In this document: positions 48,150-59,599 of the stretch, piece by piece | How the letters are laid out: each line of letters opens with the position of its first letter | How positions within the stretch are numbered: position 1 is the stretch's first letter | From: Rhynchopus sp. YZ270_cl-10 | Taxonomy: Eukaryota | Assembly (NCBI GenBank): GCA_964035575.1 | Contig: OZ037845.1 | Coordinates: forward strand, 1,116,001-1,180,000 | Length of the DNA: 64,000 bases | Direction of reading: 5' to 3' | Made by a program: the position numbers and the translations under genes | Notes under the pieces: generated by a model | Told to the model about the DNA's origin: nothing | The model's database searches: none | The model's input: only the letters and a program-made list of their open reading frames with translations

Positions 48150-49457
48150 ATGCCCGAGGCGAACCCCATACACAGCCCTGTGGTATGGGTCATCGGTCCA
48201 ACCGGATCGGGAAAATCTAAGCTGGGGGTAGACCTGGCACGGCACATACAAAGCCTTGGGGGGTCTGCGGAGATCATCAACGCCGATGTGATGCAGATGT
48301 ACACGGGGCTTCCTATCGCCACCAACAACGTTACTGGGGAGGAGGCGGTTGGGGTGCGGCACCACTTCCTTGCAGACAAAGACCCTTGCACGACGGTGCC
48401 GCTTAGTGTGCCTGACTTTGTGAAAGACGCGACTGCTCTGATTGCTGCCCTGCAAGAGAAGGGCACGACCCCGGTCATTGTAGGTGGTTCTAACTATTAT
48501 GTTCAGTCGCTTCTCTTCCAAGAAGCGTTGATGGGCGACGCCTCGAGTGAAGTACCAAGCATTAACCTTGATGCATTGGACCCTGCTGAGTTGTATAAAC
48601 TGCTTGAAGAGAAGGACCCAGCGATGGCAGGGAAATACCACCCAAACGATGTGCGCAGGGTACGAAGGTCGTTGGATATTACATTGGAGTCGGGGCAAAA
48701 ACATTCGGAGCTTGTTTTGTCACAGAACAAAGGCGCCTTGAGGTACCTCCCTGCAGATCGAAACCTTGTCTTCTGGGTCGATTCTGAGCGTGACGTTCTG
48801 AACAAACGGTTGGACGACCGGGTAGATGACATGGTGAAGAGAGGGGTGTTCGAGGAGGTGAAGGCCTTCTGGTTGCGGTACTGCTCTGAAACGCAGACTC
48901 CACTGGACACAGAGTGCCCAACTAAAGGGATATTTGGTGCAATCGGATTCAAAGAGTTGTATCAATGTACACCACCAGGCGCTCCTACAGACTCCCTTCC
49001 TACATACGAAAAGGGCCTGGAGTTGATGAAAACGAACACCAGACGATATGCGAGACAGCAGGTACAATGGATCCGACACAGGTTTTGTTGTCACAATTCT
49101 CTCTCGGTGTTGAGAGTGGACTCAAGCGAGGCATCCAAATGGGGTGAAAACGTGAGGGCAAAGGCAATAGAGGCGTTGGATGCGTATCTTAAGAATGGTG
49201 TAGTTTCGGAGCAGATTTTGAAAGCATTGCGTGTAGTGGAGGATGTGAATGAGGATGCAAAAGTAGGCACCATGCAGATGTTCACATGCCCGGTCTGTCC
49301 GAATAAAGTTCTGACAGGTAGGGTGCAGTACGACATTCACCTGCAGTCGAGAAAACACAAAGGGCTCCTCCGGAAGGCGGAACGGCAGCCATTTATTGAA
49401 GAACAGCAGCGGAAGAAACGACTCAAATCTGAAGAGAGCAAGACCACCGCACAATAG
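48150..49457 (+). CDS. miaA: tRNA dimethylallyl(isopentenyl)transferase, eukaryotic TRIT1/Mod5 type
   Basis: GPTGSGKS, EIINADVMQMYTGLPIATN, VGGSNYY, HPND.RRV.R, AIGFKE and TRRYARQQ motifs, plus a C-terminal C..C...H...SRKH zinc finger. Confidence 0.95.
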   Translation: MPEANPIHSPVVWVIGPTGSGKSKLGVDLARHIQSLGGSAEIINADVMQMYTGLPIATNNVTGEEAVGVRHHFLADKDPCTTVPLSVPDFVKDATALIAALQEKGTTPVIVGGSNYYVQSLLFQEALMGDASSEVPSINLDALDPAELYKLLEEKDPAMAGKYHPNDVRRVRRSLDITLESGQKHSELVLSQNKGALRYLPADRNLVFWVDSERDVLNKRLDDRVDDMVKRGVFEEVKAFWLRYCSETQTPLDTECPTKGIFGAIGFKELYQCTPPGAPTDSLPTYEKGLELMKTNTRRYARQQVQWIRHRFCCHNSLSVLRVDSSEASKWGENVRAKAIEALDAYLKNGVVSEQILKALRVVEDVNEDAKVGTMQMFTCPVCPNKVLTGRVQYDIHLQSRKHKGLLRKAERQPFIEEQQRKKRLKSEESKTTAQ

Positions 49458-50156
49458 GGGGTGAAGATAGTACCTTGTGTCGTGTAGTCTGGTGTATTCT
49501 GCCTTTCCAGTACAAAACAGGTGTCGTGGATCCAACCCCGCCCTTCTCCGTGGACACCAGGTTTAACTCTTAGCAGAAGACAGTCAGAAACACAGAGAGC
49601 TTTTCTTTGTGTCTAGGGGGGGGATCAGGGATGGGGTCTCTTCACTCCAAGGTTCTTTTTTTAAATTCTACAACGGCTTGCTTGAAAGGGAGAAATAGTT
49701 CGGTACGGTCGCCAATGCACCTAATACAGGAGGATTTGTGCAAAGAAAACAATACTTTCTATTACCTACCGTTCTCACTGTTTTCATGCTAACCCCGAAA
49801 TGGAAAAAAGAATCTCATAAAAGCAATACCGTTTTGAAGGATTTTTCTTTTTTTTGCAGCTTTTTAAAAAAAGGCGAGGTTTCTGCGTTAATGATACACA
49901 GTTTGTTGCTCCCCCACTCCCGCGCCAATTTGGATGGTTTTCTGTGAGGGGGGGTTACGCACTTTTCAAGTCGCTATAGGGTCCTCAAATGTCAACCCCT
50001 CTCTCTCTCTTTTAGTCTACGTTGTGTATGTCGCTCATTCATCGATACCAGCTTTCTCTTGTATTGCACTTCCCTTTGAGGGTAGTGGCATATAGAGACA
50101 CCGCACCACACCACATCCAGGTCAGCCAATCTCCACCCCCTTAAACCAACTTTAAA

Positions 50157-50650
50157 ATGGGAAAGGTCCGCACGAAGACTGTCAAGAGATCCGCGCGTAT
50201 GATCGTGGAGAAGTACTACATTAAGCTGACACAGGACTTCCACACCAACAAGAAGGTATGCCGCCCACTGCTCTGCACACCCACCACTACCCCACAATCC
50301 TACAGGTGATTGACGCCGTGGCCATGATCCCCTCCAAGCGTCTGAGGAACAAGATCTCCGGATTCACCACCCACCTGATGAAGCGTATTGCACGTGGACC
50401 GGTCCGTGGAATCTCCCTGAAGCTTCAGGAGGAGGAGCGTGAGCGCCGTCTTGACTTCGTGCCTGAGGTATGTGTCCGCTGTCCGTAATGTTCTGCAAAA
50501 TAACCACTGTTTCCCTTTGCACAGGTGTCCGCCGTGGACCAGCTCATCATGGACGGAATTGAGGTCGACGAGTGCACCATGGCCATGCTCCGTGACATGA
50601 ACATGTCTGGCATCAGCAACATCAAGAAGGTCTACTCCTCCCGCAACTGA
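50157..50650 (+). CDS. RPS17: 40S ribosomal protein S17 (eS17); exons 50157-50255, 50306-50467, 50525-50650
   Basis: [31 protein letters not shown] / [39 protein letters not shown], with two short GT-AG introns. Confidence 0.97.
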
Positions 50651-50825
50651 GTTCTCTCCTCTAGAGAGAACGAGTGCTGATCAAGAAACAAATACAACAA
50701 AACCAGGACTGTGAGAACTACATGTATCCTGAACTAGTTTAAAAAAAAAAGAGTGCATTGAATTTTTCCATTTTTCCATTTTTTTTTAAACGTCTCGTCT
50801 GAGAACGTTCCCGAGAACACCCCTC

Positions 50826-50916
50826 TGTTGTGCATGATGAAATCCTGGAACCGCCCTAGCCAAGCCGAAGCAACGCTGTGGATACATTCCAACCTCACCT
50901 GACTGCTGACACAACA
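50826..50916 (+). ncRNA. Box C/D snoRNA 1 (second copy at 59718-59807)
   Basis: C box ATGATGA at 50834, D box CTGA at 50906, terminal stem TGTTGTG/CACAACA. CCGCCCTAGCCAA and CCTCACCTGAC are roughly antisense to the LSU GTCAGGTGGGGAGTTTGGCTGGGGCGG region. Confidence 0.8.
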
Positions 50917-50975
50917 CAAACCACACTCCTTTTTATCCGCCTTGCAAGGCTCCTCTACCCACTCTGCACATAGAA

Positions 50976-51060
50976 AGCAATGATGATAAACTTGGCATTT
51001 GGATTGAAGCCTCGGCTGTTGAAACCAAAACCTTTCTACCTTAACATATCTTGCTGAGCA
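50976..51060 (+). ncRNA. Probable box C/D snoRNA 2
   Basis: ATGATGA at 50980, CTGA at 51054. GGCATTTGG is antisense to LSU CCAAATGCC and is followed by a D'-like TTGA. Confidence 0.65.
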
Positions 51061-51076
51061 CACTTCCGTCTCCACA

Positions 51077-51189
51077 CAGCAACATGATGCACAAAACACA
51101 ACCATTCGGCCAGAGGTGGCCAACAAAGTCACGGCACCCTCGGTGGGGCTCGAAAAATTATGTCAAACTCAACAGGTCTGATTGTTGCT
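51077..51189 (+). ncRNA. Box C/D snoRNA 3 (second copy at 59979-60091)
   Basis: Terminal stem CAGCAACA/TGTTGCTG, C-like box ATGATGC. Guide GTCAAACTCAACAGG immediately before CTGA is antisense to LSU CCTGTTGAG(T/C)TTGAC. Confidence 0.85.
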
Positions 51190-51236
51190 GCTCTCCTCTT
51201 TTGAATACAACCACTTCACATGACACCACACACAGC

Positions 51237-51336
51237 GAGCATGATGACAAAACTTCTTGGCAGCACCGCAAGCTGCTCCCAATACACCTCTCAGGAGGAT
51301 ATGAGGGTTGGTCTTTCTTTCGCCCCTAGCTGACTC
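51237..51336 (+). ncRNA. Box C/D snoRNA 4 (second copy at 60139-60238)
   Basis: ATGATGA at 51241. Guide TCTTTCGCCCCTA before CTGA is antisense to LSU TAGGGGCGAAAGA. Confidence 0.88.
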
Positions 51337-51397
51337 CACAACCTGTGCACATTCACACATCACATCACATCACGATGCAACACACAACTGCAGCTTC

Positions 51398-51491
51398 GGA
51401 AGTGATGAAAACCACTGATATGCCGCCCCAGTCGGAGCTCCACGAGCGATGCCCGAATAGGCTTTACAATACCTTAGGACACCTCTGATCT
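51398..51491 (+). ncRNA. Box C/D snoRNA 5, double guide (second copy at 58206-58299)
   Basis: GTGATGA at 51402. TGCCGCCCCAGTC is antisense to LSU G(A/G)CTGGGGCGG(C/T)A, and CCTTAGGACACCT+CTGA is antisense to LSU AGGTGTCCTAAGG. Confidence 0.9.
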
Positions 51492-51629
51492 CTCTTCTGC
51501 CTCGAAACACATGAATACTATTTAGATTGAGGAGCTGTTGATGTGATGGAAGGAGCGACACCTCGTACCCCACAAACACACCACACCAACAGACACACTA
51601 TTATCCTTTCCCTTTCCACTCAGATCCAA

Positions 51630-52109
51630 ATGTCTCTGTCCAGACGTGAGGAACACGCACACACGACAGCATGCTCTGATCTGGTGAACCCCGTGGACGA
51701 GTTTGCACCCGGACAGGTGCTGCGGAAGGGACGGCGTGGGGACGGGGAGCGGTGCTACCTTGTTGCGTGGCGTGGTGCGGAGGGGCTGTGCACGTGGGAG
51801 ACGGAGACTGTGCTTGAGGATGCAGGACACGTGCAGCTGTTGCGTGTTGGCAGTGCAGGTGCAGGTGTGGCGCTTGGTGTTGGGGATGTGGAGACACAGA
51901 ACACACACAGCAGCAGACGGCGGCAGCGTGCGACGGGGTGTGTGAAGCCGGCACGGAGTGGACCGATGATGCGGGTGGGGTTGGGTGGACAGATGCGCGA
52001 GGGTGTGTTGCGGACACTCCCACAGAACAAGCCTGTGCCACGTGTTGCGAAGGGGGAGAAGACGAAGGTGAAGCGTCTGCGTGACGAGTGGCGTGTGTCG
52101 CGATGCTGA
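51630..52109 (+). CDS. Small chromodomain-like protein (possibly degenerate)
   Basis: EFAPGQVLRKGRRGDGERCYLVAWRGAEGLCTWETETVL matches the chromo pattern Y/F..E.IL..R...G...YLVKW.G....TWE...L. ATG at ~51630 follows a pyrimidine tract and CAG. Confidence 0.6.
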   Translation: MSLSRREEHAHTTACSDLVNPVDEFAPGQVLRKGRRGDGERCYLVAWRGAEGLCTWETETVLEDAGHVQLLRVGSAGAGVALGVGDVETQNTHSSRRRQRATGCVKPARSGPMMRVGLGGQMREGVLRTLPQNKPVPRVAKGEKTKVKRLRDEWRVSRC

Positions 52110-52736
52110 GGTGCATGTGAGGCACATCTGTTCTGTCTGACCTGCTTCAGGCAACCCTAACCTTTTATTGCTTTATTGCTTTACTTTTCAAGAAACACTT
52201 TGGCTGGAACATGTGCACTGCACGTGTTGGCAGCTCTCTTGTCCTTCTTCTTTTGTTCATGTGCACATGAATGTTTGCTTCATGTAAATGCAGAGATGTA
52301 CCAAAACAGTCTGTCAAGCGGCTTTCTATCCACAGCTGCAGGACACTGTCTTGTGCATCTGTATTCTATTTAAACGAACACACAATTCATTCACCCATTT
52401 CCCCCAGTGCAGCAGCACAACAACTTTAACCCTAGCTGAGTCCACAACCTGTGCACATCCACACAACACACTACATCAAAGGGCCATATTCTGTACAAGA
52501 ATTCCCCTCACTAGGCATCAACCACATCACATCGCCTCACACCACGATGCAACACACAACTGCAGCTTGCATGACAGAATGCATCTGAGCTTAATGCAAT
52601 AGGGTTACAACACCTTCCCTCTGCACTTTTGTTTCGCCACACTTCACACATGATGTATCACTCTAATATTCCTCCCAGCACCTCAGCCACGTCACCCCAC
52701 AGATACTCTTTTGATACAAACACATACCTTGCTCCA

Positions 52737-55340
52737 ATGCTACGCACGACACTGCTCCTCACAGCTGTTGCGGCTGTCTCAGCTCAGCAGTGCTGGGCCA
52801 ACGACGACTGCGCACCAAGCGAGTGGTGCCGTCCGCTTGAATGGTACGGCCACTGCCTCTCGTTCTACTCTGTCTGTGTGCCGAAGCGTGCAGAGGGTGA
52901 GACCTGTGGCGGTGCACGTCCATGCCGTGCCCAGCGCTGTCAAGACCACCTTTTGTGTGAGGGCGATGGTACGTACCACACACCGCTGTGTGTCCAACCC
53001 AAGCAGGAGACATGCACTCTGCAGTGCGGAACTGTTGTTGCAAACGGATGGATGGGCAACGACGAGGGAACCAACGACTGCAACATGTGCAACTGCATCA
53101 ACGGAGGTCTTGCGTGCACAAAGATGGGTTGCCCCAACAGCAAGGAGTGCCCGAAGCCTGAGCCCACCACCTGCACTCTTGGATGTGGCACTGTTGTTCC
53201 TGTCGGATGGAGTGGACACGACGAGGGTGACAACGCCTGCAACACATGTGGCTGCATGGAGAGTGGTCTCCTTCGCTGCACTCTGATTGCATGCCCTGAC
53301 CTGCCTTGCCCAACAAAGAAGTCCTGTGAGCTTCAGTGCGGAACTGTTGTTGCTGACGGATGGACTGGAAAGGGTGAGGGAACAAACGACTGCAACACTT
53401 GCTCCTGCAGAGATGGAGGTCTTGCGTGCACAAAGATGGGCTGCCCCAACAGCAAGGAGTGCCCGAAGCCTGAACCCACCACCTGCACTCTTGGATGTGG
53501 CACTGTTGTTCCTGTCGGATGGAGTGGACACGACGAGGGTGACAACGCCTGCAACACATGTGGCTGCATGGAGAGTGGTCTCCTTCGCTGCACTCTGATT
53601 GCATGCCCTGACCTGCCTTGCCCAACAAAGAAGTCCTGTGAGCTTCAGTGCGGAACTGTTGTTGCTGACGGATGGACTGGAAAGGGTGAGGGAACAAACG
53701 ACTGCAACACTTGCTCCTGCAGAGATGGAGGTCTTGCGTGCACAAAGATGGGCTGCCCCAACAGCAAGGAGTGCCCGAAGCCTGAACCCACCACCTGCAC
53801 TCTTGGATGTGGCACTGTTGTTCCTGTCGGATGGAGTGGAAACGACGAGGGTGACAACGCCTGCAACACATGTGGCTGCATGGAGAGTGGTCTCCTTCGC
53901 TGCACTCTGATTGCGTGCCCTGACCTGCCTTGCCCAACAAAGAAGTCTTGTGAGCTTCAGTGCGGAACTGTTGTTGCTGATGGATGGACTGGAAAGGGTG
54001 AGGGAACAAACGACTGCAACACTTGCTCCTGCAGAGATGGAGGTCTTGCGTGCACAAGGATGGGTTGCCCCAACAGCAAGGAGTGCCCGAAGCCTGAACC
54101 CACCACCTGCACTCTTGGATGTGGCACTGTTGTTCCTGTCGGATGGAGTGGACACGACGAGGGTGACAACGCCTGCAACACGTGCAGCTGTACTGAGAGC
54201 GGACACCTCATCTGCACTCTGATCGCATGCCCTGACCTGCCCTGCCCAGCAAAGAAGTCCTGTGAGCTTCAGTGCGGAACTGTTGTTGCTGACGGATGGA
54301 CTGGAAAGGGTGAGGGAACAAACGACTGCAACACCTGCTCCTGCAGAGATGGAGGTCTTGGGTGCACAAAGATGGGCTGCCCCAACAGCAAGGAGTGCCC
54401 GAAGCCTGAGCCCACCACCTGCACTCTTGGATGTGGCACTGTTGTTCCTGTCGGATGGAGTGGACACGACGAGGGTGACAACGCCTGCAACACATGTGGC
54501 TGCATGGAGAGTGGTCTCCTTCGCTGCACTCTGATTGCGTGCCCTGACCTGCCTTGCCCAACAAAGAAGTCTTGTGAGCTTCAGTGCGGAACTGTTGTTG
54601 CTGATGGATGGACTGGAAAGGGTGAGGGAACAAACGACTGCAACACTTGCTCCTGCAGAGATGGAGGTCTTGGGTGCACAAAGATGGGCTGCCCCAACAG
54701 CAAGGAGTGCCCGAAGCCTGAGCCCACCACCTGCACTCTTGGATGTGGCACTGTTGTTCCTGTCGGATGGAGTGGACACGACGAGGGTGACAACGCCTGC
54801 AACACGTGCAGCTGTACTGAGAGCGGACACCTCATCTGCACTCTGATCGCATGCCCTGACCTGCCTTGCCCAGCAAAGAAGTCCTGTGAGCTTCAGTGCG
54901 GAACTGTTGTTGCTGATGGATGGACTGGAAAGGGTGAGGGAACAAACGACTGCAACACTTGCTCCTGCAGAGATGGAGGTCTTGCATGCACAAAGATGGG
55001 TTGCCCCGACAGCAAGGAGTGCCCGAAGCCTGAGCCCACCACCTGCACTCTTGGATGCGGCACTGTTGTTCCTGTCGGATGGAGTGGAAACGACGAGGGT
55101 GACAACGCTTGCAACACATGTGGCTGCATGGAGAGTGGACTTCTTCGCTGCACTCTGATTGCGTGCCCTGACCTGCCTTGCCCAACAAAGAAGTCTTGTG
55201 AGCTTCAGTGCGGAACTGTTGTTGCTGACGGATGGACTGGAAAGGGTGAGGGAACAAACGACTGCAACACTTGCTCCTGCAACGACGGAGCTCTCGGATG
55301 CACCAAGATTGCGTGTCTCGACTCGCTGGCATGCCTCTAG
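52737..55340 (+). CDS. Secreted protein with 15 tandem pacifastin-like protease-inhibitor domains
   Basis: Signal peptide MLRTTLLLTAVAAVSA. 312-bp tandem unit encoding two CNxCxC-x2/3-G-x3-CTxxxC domains. Confidence 0.85.
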   Translation: MLRTTLLLTAVAAVSAQQCWANDDCAPSEWCRPLEWYGHCLSFYSVCVPKRAEGETCGGARPCRAQRCQDHLLCEGDGTYHTPLCVQPKQETCTLQCGTVVANGWMGNDEGTNDCNMCNCINGGLACTKMGCPNSKECPKPEPTTCTLGCGTVVPVGWSGHDEGDNACNTCGCMESGLLRCTLIACPDLPCPTKKSCELQCGTVVADGWTGKGEGTNDCNTCSCRDGGLACTKMGCPNSKECPKPEPTTCTLGCGTVVPVGWSGHDEGDNACNTCGCMESGLLRCTLIACPDLPCPTKKSCELQCGTVVADGWTGKGEGTNDCNTCSCRDGGLACTKMGCPNSKECPKPEPTTCTLGCGTVVPVGWSGNDEGDNACNTCGCMESGLLRCTLIACPDLPCPTKKSCELQCGTVVADGWTGKGEGTNDCNTCSCRDGGLACTRMGCPNSKECPKPEPTTCTLGCGTVVPVGWSGHDEGDNACNTCSCTESGHLICTLIACPDLPCPAKKSCELQCGTVVADGWTGKGEGTNDCNTCSCRDGGLGCTKMGCPNSKECPKPEPTTCTLGCGTVVPVGWSGHDEGDNACNTCGCMESGLLRCTLIACPDLPCPTKKSCELQCGTVVADGWTGKGEGTNDCNTCSCRDGGLGCTKMGCPNSKECPKPEPTTCTLGCGTVVPVGWSGHDEGDNACNTCSCTESGHLICTLIACPDLPCPAKKSCELQCGTVVADGWTGKGEGTNDCNTCSCRDGGLACTKMGCPDSKECPKPEPTTCTLGCGTVVPVGWSGNDEGDNACNTCGCMESGLLRCTLIACPDLPCPTKKSCELQCGTVVADGWTGKGEGTNDCNTCSCNDGALGCTKIACLDSLACL

Positions 55341-56811
55341 GCGTTTTCGTTGTGAAAGGATGATGCTGGTGCATTCGGTGAATAGGTGGATGTGGGTGTT
55401 GTCGTCACCTTTTTCGTATTGAAGTTTTCTTGTTTGTGTTATCTATCTGACTAAGAACATGAGCCTCGGTATCGTACAACTTTTATCAGTTTCACTACTT
55501 TGACGTTGTAGCCATGTGCACAGCGTCTGTTTTACTTTTTGTCACACCTTGCCTATTTGCAGGGTACACGGGATTGAGGGTTTTTTTGTTTATTGTCAAC
55601 TCTTTTCTATTTCAAACCCTGTGATGCATTCTGCACACAGGGCTTTGAGAAAAGGTTTTGTGTTCCCTCACGTGTTTCTTTTGCTTTTTTGAAAGAAGAA
55701 TATCATTATTTATGGGTCAACTGGTTTGCAATGTGAACCAGTTGAGTGGCTTCCTTCGTGCACGTCTCTCTTTTCTTGTGTTTTTCGGTATTGCACATTG
55801 ATGTGTCGCAACGCACTGAGCAGAGTGCGTATTGGTGTACTTATTGCAATTGACTGTAGTCTTGTATGCCTTCTGAGATGCTAGATGTCTCAATTTGCCT
55901 GCATGTAGTCCAGTCACTGCAAATACTACAGATACATGAGTCCTGAGCTTGTGCACAGGAGTCACGTTTTTGCGAAGAGCTGCTTGAGAAGTACGCCGAC
56001 ATTATATGTCCACGAGACACACTGGATGGCGGCACGCTTCTCTCTGCTCCTTTTCGCAAATATCCCAGCACCCCTTTTTGGTTTGCTCCCCATTTCCTAT
56101 TTTCCCCGATTTCTTGATGAATTGTGTGCACATCCTGGGCACATAACCTGTTTCAAGTTGTCATTCTTTTAGCTTCCTCCCAAGATCTGATGGTGTGTAC
56201 CCCTGCACACCTTCTGCCCCTTCTTCTCTACCCTGTTTTCTAACGTTCTGTGGACCAGTCACATGGTGCAGGTTGCGGATACGTATCTTCTTAGATACCC
56301 ATCCTGCACCTGGTTCAGAGGATATCTTATTTTCTACCTTTATCGACAATGTGTGTGAACGTGAGTTCCATTCATGTTCGATGTGAAGATGGAGATGCAT
56401 GCACAAGCAGCACTCATCTTTGTGGTTTCTTTTACCCGTTTCTTTCTTTTTCTGACAACGTCTATTGAAAGTGACTGAGCACGAGAGGCTTTCGTCACCT
56501 TTTTCAACGTTCTATTCTTTTCTTGCATGTGCCTGTATCCAACAGGCGTCTGCACGGTTCCTTCATTTTATTTTTTTGGACATTTCTAGTTCCGGGATTG
56601 CTGTGAGCCCCACAAGGTACGTAGAACACGATCTGATAAACGAACAACACCCACCATCCTTGTTTTTCTTCTCTCTCCCTCATTCCTTGATGTTCTTCAG
56701 CATCCCATCCCATCCCATCCCATTACTGACACGCTGTACAGTTTCAATTCACCACCACACGCAGATATTATTATTCACACAACAACGAACAAAACACCAA
56801 AACCACCCAAG

Positions 56812-57513
56812 ATGCCGACCGGAATCCTGAACTCGCACGACTTCTCGCAGCCTTGCCGCTCTGTTTCGTGGTTTGCTGCCTACGCGAAGTCTGATGTTGA
56901 GCTGCGCACGGTTGAGATGCTGAAGGGGGAGCAGAAGCACCCCGACTACGTTGCGAAGTTCCCTGCCGGCCAGATCCCGTCGTACGAGGAGGGCGACTTC
57001 TTCCTGGAGGAGAGTGCTGCGATCCTGCAGTACCTTGCTGAGGGACACGCCATTGTGCCGAAGGACAAGAAGCAGCAGGCGAAGGTGATGCAGTTTGTGG
57101 CACGGAACCTGGCCAGAGTGCGCAAGATCAGCGGCGAGGTTGTGACCCACTGCTTCTTTGCGTCTGCCGAGGAGTTCCCCGCCCTGCTCAAGGCAGGCAT
57201 CGAGAAGGTCACCCCGACCCTGCAGCTGTACGACACCCTCCTCTCGAAGCAGAACTTCGTGGCTGGGGACGACATCTCGATTGCGGACTTCCTGTTCGCA
57301 CCTGAGGTGGACCAGCTCCTCCTTGTGCAGGGGAAAATTGGGAAGAACCTGCTGGAGGGATACCCGTCCATCCTTGCCTACATTGAGCGGTTGAAGTCTG
57401 TTGAGGGCTACAGTGCAAACTTCCAGAAGTCTGGTGAGTGGTTGAAGAATGCAGCAGGAATCAAGGCTGCTATTGAGGCCAAGAAGGCTGCTGCCGCTGC
57501 TGCCCAGAAGTAG
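56812..57513 (+). CDS. Glutathione S-transferase, theta-like
   Basis: SQPCRSV, GEQKHPDY, PAGQIPS, LEESAAILQYL and FVAGDDISIADF motifs. Confidence 0.93.
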   Translation: MPTGILNSHDFSQPCRSVSWFAAYAKSDVELRTVEMLKGEQKHPDYVAKFPAGQIPSYEEGDFFLEESAAILQYLAEGHAIVPKDKKQQAKVMQFVARNLARVRKISGEVVTHCFFASAEEFPALLKAGIEKVTPTLQLYDTLLSKQNFVAGDDISIADFLFAPEVDQLLLVQGKIGKNLLEGYPSILAYIERLKSVEGYSANFQKSGEWLKNAAGIKAAIEAKKAAAAAAQK

Positions 57514-58205
57514 GAAGGTAACAAGGTGCTCAGACTGGAATTTCACTTCATTTTTCTCATTATTTCTCTTTTTCTTGTCTTTTTTGGGATTTCATTATCC
57601 CACGCTACTCTCTTTTCGAGAAAACGTCCCAACAGTGTTTGTTGGGATTTTTCTCTCGTTTCTATCTCCGTCCTAACTCCACTTTTGTTTCTGTTTTCAC
57701 TTTTTTTCTTCAACTCTTTTGATCAGGCGTGTGTGGCCCCAAGTCCAAGTGTGGTCCGTTCGTCTTGGTTTGATTGTTTGTTTCGAGGGTCAGCAGTGGG
57801 AACGGAAAGGAAGGTGACGTGATGTGGCACCCAATATGAAGTGCTGTCACGTTTCCCCTCTCCCCACCCTGCTAACCTCGACATGGTTTGTGGTTTCTGC
57901 ACAAGGAGGTGACCGGGCGTGTCTGTCGTGTGTGTCAACAGCGACTGTGCAGTTGCTCGCTTTTCTGTGAGCTTTGCCTTTCTCTGCAACATACCAATGA
58001 AAATGGCACGCCCGAACCAACCAGAAAATAATGTGCAAAAAAGTTGATAAAATAAAGACACGACGCTTTCTCGTATTCTTCACAGCATCCCATCCGTTCA
58101 GCCCCCTGCTGTGCAGTTTGTCACCGCAATGCAACCTGTGCACATTCACACACCACACCACATCACATCACATCACATCACGATGCAACACACAACTGCA
58201 GCTTC

Positions 58206-58299
58206 GGAAGTGATGAAAACCACTGATATGCCGCCCCAGTCGGAGCTCCACGAGCGATGCCCGAATAGGCTTTACAATACCTTAGGACACCTCTGATCT
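58206..58299 (+). ncRNA. Box C/D snoRNA 5, duplicate copy
   Basis: Essentially identical to 51398-51491. Confidence 0.88.
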
Positions 58300-58430
58300 C
58301 TCTTCTGCCTCGAAACACATCAAGTCTCCTGTTTCTTGGGTTGAGAGGCAACACCACTCCTCTCCTCTCCCAGACAACCCTCCACACAGATTCTCAACAA
58401 CACACCACAACACCACCCTCACCACACAAA

Positions 58431-59075
58431 ATGGCACCCACCCTGAAGCTTCAGTACTTCGGCGTCCCCGCGAAGCCTGAGGCGACCCGTCTTGCCGCAC
58501 ACATCGGTGGCCTTGCGCTTGAGGATGAGCACATTGACTTCCCTGCCTGGGGTGGGGGTCTGAAGGCGAAGGTGGCCCCGCAGCAGCTGCCGCTTCTGCA
58601 CGTGGACGGGGAGGTGGTGGGACAGCACAGCGCAATCCTGCGTTACGTTGCGAAACTCGCGAACCTGTACCCCAAGGATGCACGTGCGGCGCTGAGTGTG
58701 GACGAGACGATTGACTACGCAGATGAGATCTTCGTGATTCTGACCAAGTTGTTTTTCATCCAGGACGAGGACGAGAAGAGGGTGGCCCGCTGCACTGCCA
58801 TTGCTGAGGGTGGGGACATCCACAAGTGGCTTGTCTTCCTGGACTCGCGTCTTGCGGGGAAGAAGTACGCTGTGGGTGACTCCCTGACAGTGGCAGACTT
58901 GGTCATCTTCACGCAGGTGCACTTCCTTGTGTCTGGGTTCCTTGACGGTGTCCCGTTGGACTCACTGGTGTCGTTCAAGAACCTTGCTGCACACAAGGCT
59001 GTGGTTGCAAACCACCCGAAGGTGAAGGAGTACTACGCGTCTGCGGAGGGCCTTCGCACTGTCTTCAAGGCATGA
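58431..59075 (+). CDS. Glutathione S-transferase, sigma-like
   Basis: LKLQYF..PAKPEATRL, QQLPLLHVDG..VGQHSAILRY, LYPKD and YAVGDSLTVADL motifs. ATG at 58431. Confidence 0.93.
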   Translation: MAPTLKLQYFGVPAKPEATRLAAHIGGLALEDEHIDFPAWGGGLKAKVAPQQLPLLHVDGEVVGQHSAILRYVAKLANLYPKDARAALSVDETIDYADEIFVILTKLFFIQDEDEKRVARCTAIAEGGDIHKWLVFLDSRLAGKKYAVGDSLTVADLVIFTQVHFLVSGFLDGVPLDSLVSFKNLAAHKAVVANHPKVKEYYASAEGLRTVFKA

Positions 59076-59599
59076 GCTGCTTTGGGCTGACATTGACTTC
59101 CTTTCACTTTGATACATTCGTCTTACATGTTTTCTTTACTTCGATTTTCTTGTTTTTTTTGACTTGATTGGGTTGGGAGGGATGAATGTGCAATATTTTG
59201 CAGTTCGCTCTGCACAACGGGTGTTCTTCAACCCATTGCATTTGTGTTCTGTTCCCATCCCGTCTGTTTTGTTGAACGGCTCATGTTGGAGTTGAACGGC
59301 TCATGTTGCAATTGTGTGTGATCTGTGTGTTGCACACGAATGTAATTATTGTTGCAAACATGAGTTTTGTTCTTCACATTTTGTTGCTCTCCTCTTCCGT
59401 TCCACGTCCACAAGACGTCTGCACGGTTACAACTTTCTTTGCTTTCTTTGTGTGTCCATACACACAACTAACTTCGACAGCTTACTTATTTTTCGATTTC
59501 AACTTTTTTTTGGTTTGGTTTCTTTCACTGATCCAGATGACACCAACAAACAAACGACACGAACCCCTTCCCTTTTTTCTCTTCTGAATATTGACACGA

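Noticed and set aside
52779..54830. Long minus-strand ORFs (683 aa here; also 35234-36565 and 33585-34233)
   Set aside because: They are antisense shadows of GC-rich or tandem-repeat + strand genes with no independent motifs.
2080..56500. Dispersed hairpin repeats as a CRISPR array
   Set aside because: They are not regularly spaced, are highly degenerate, belong to several families, have no cas genes nearby and sit in a eukaryotic context.
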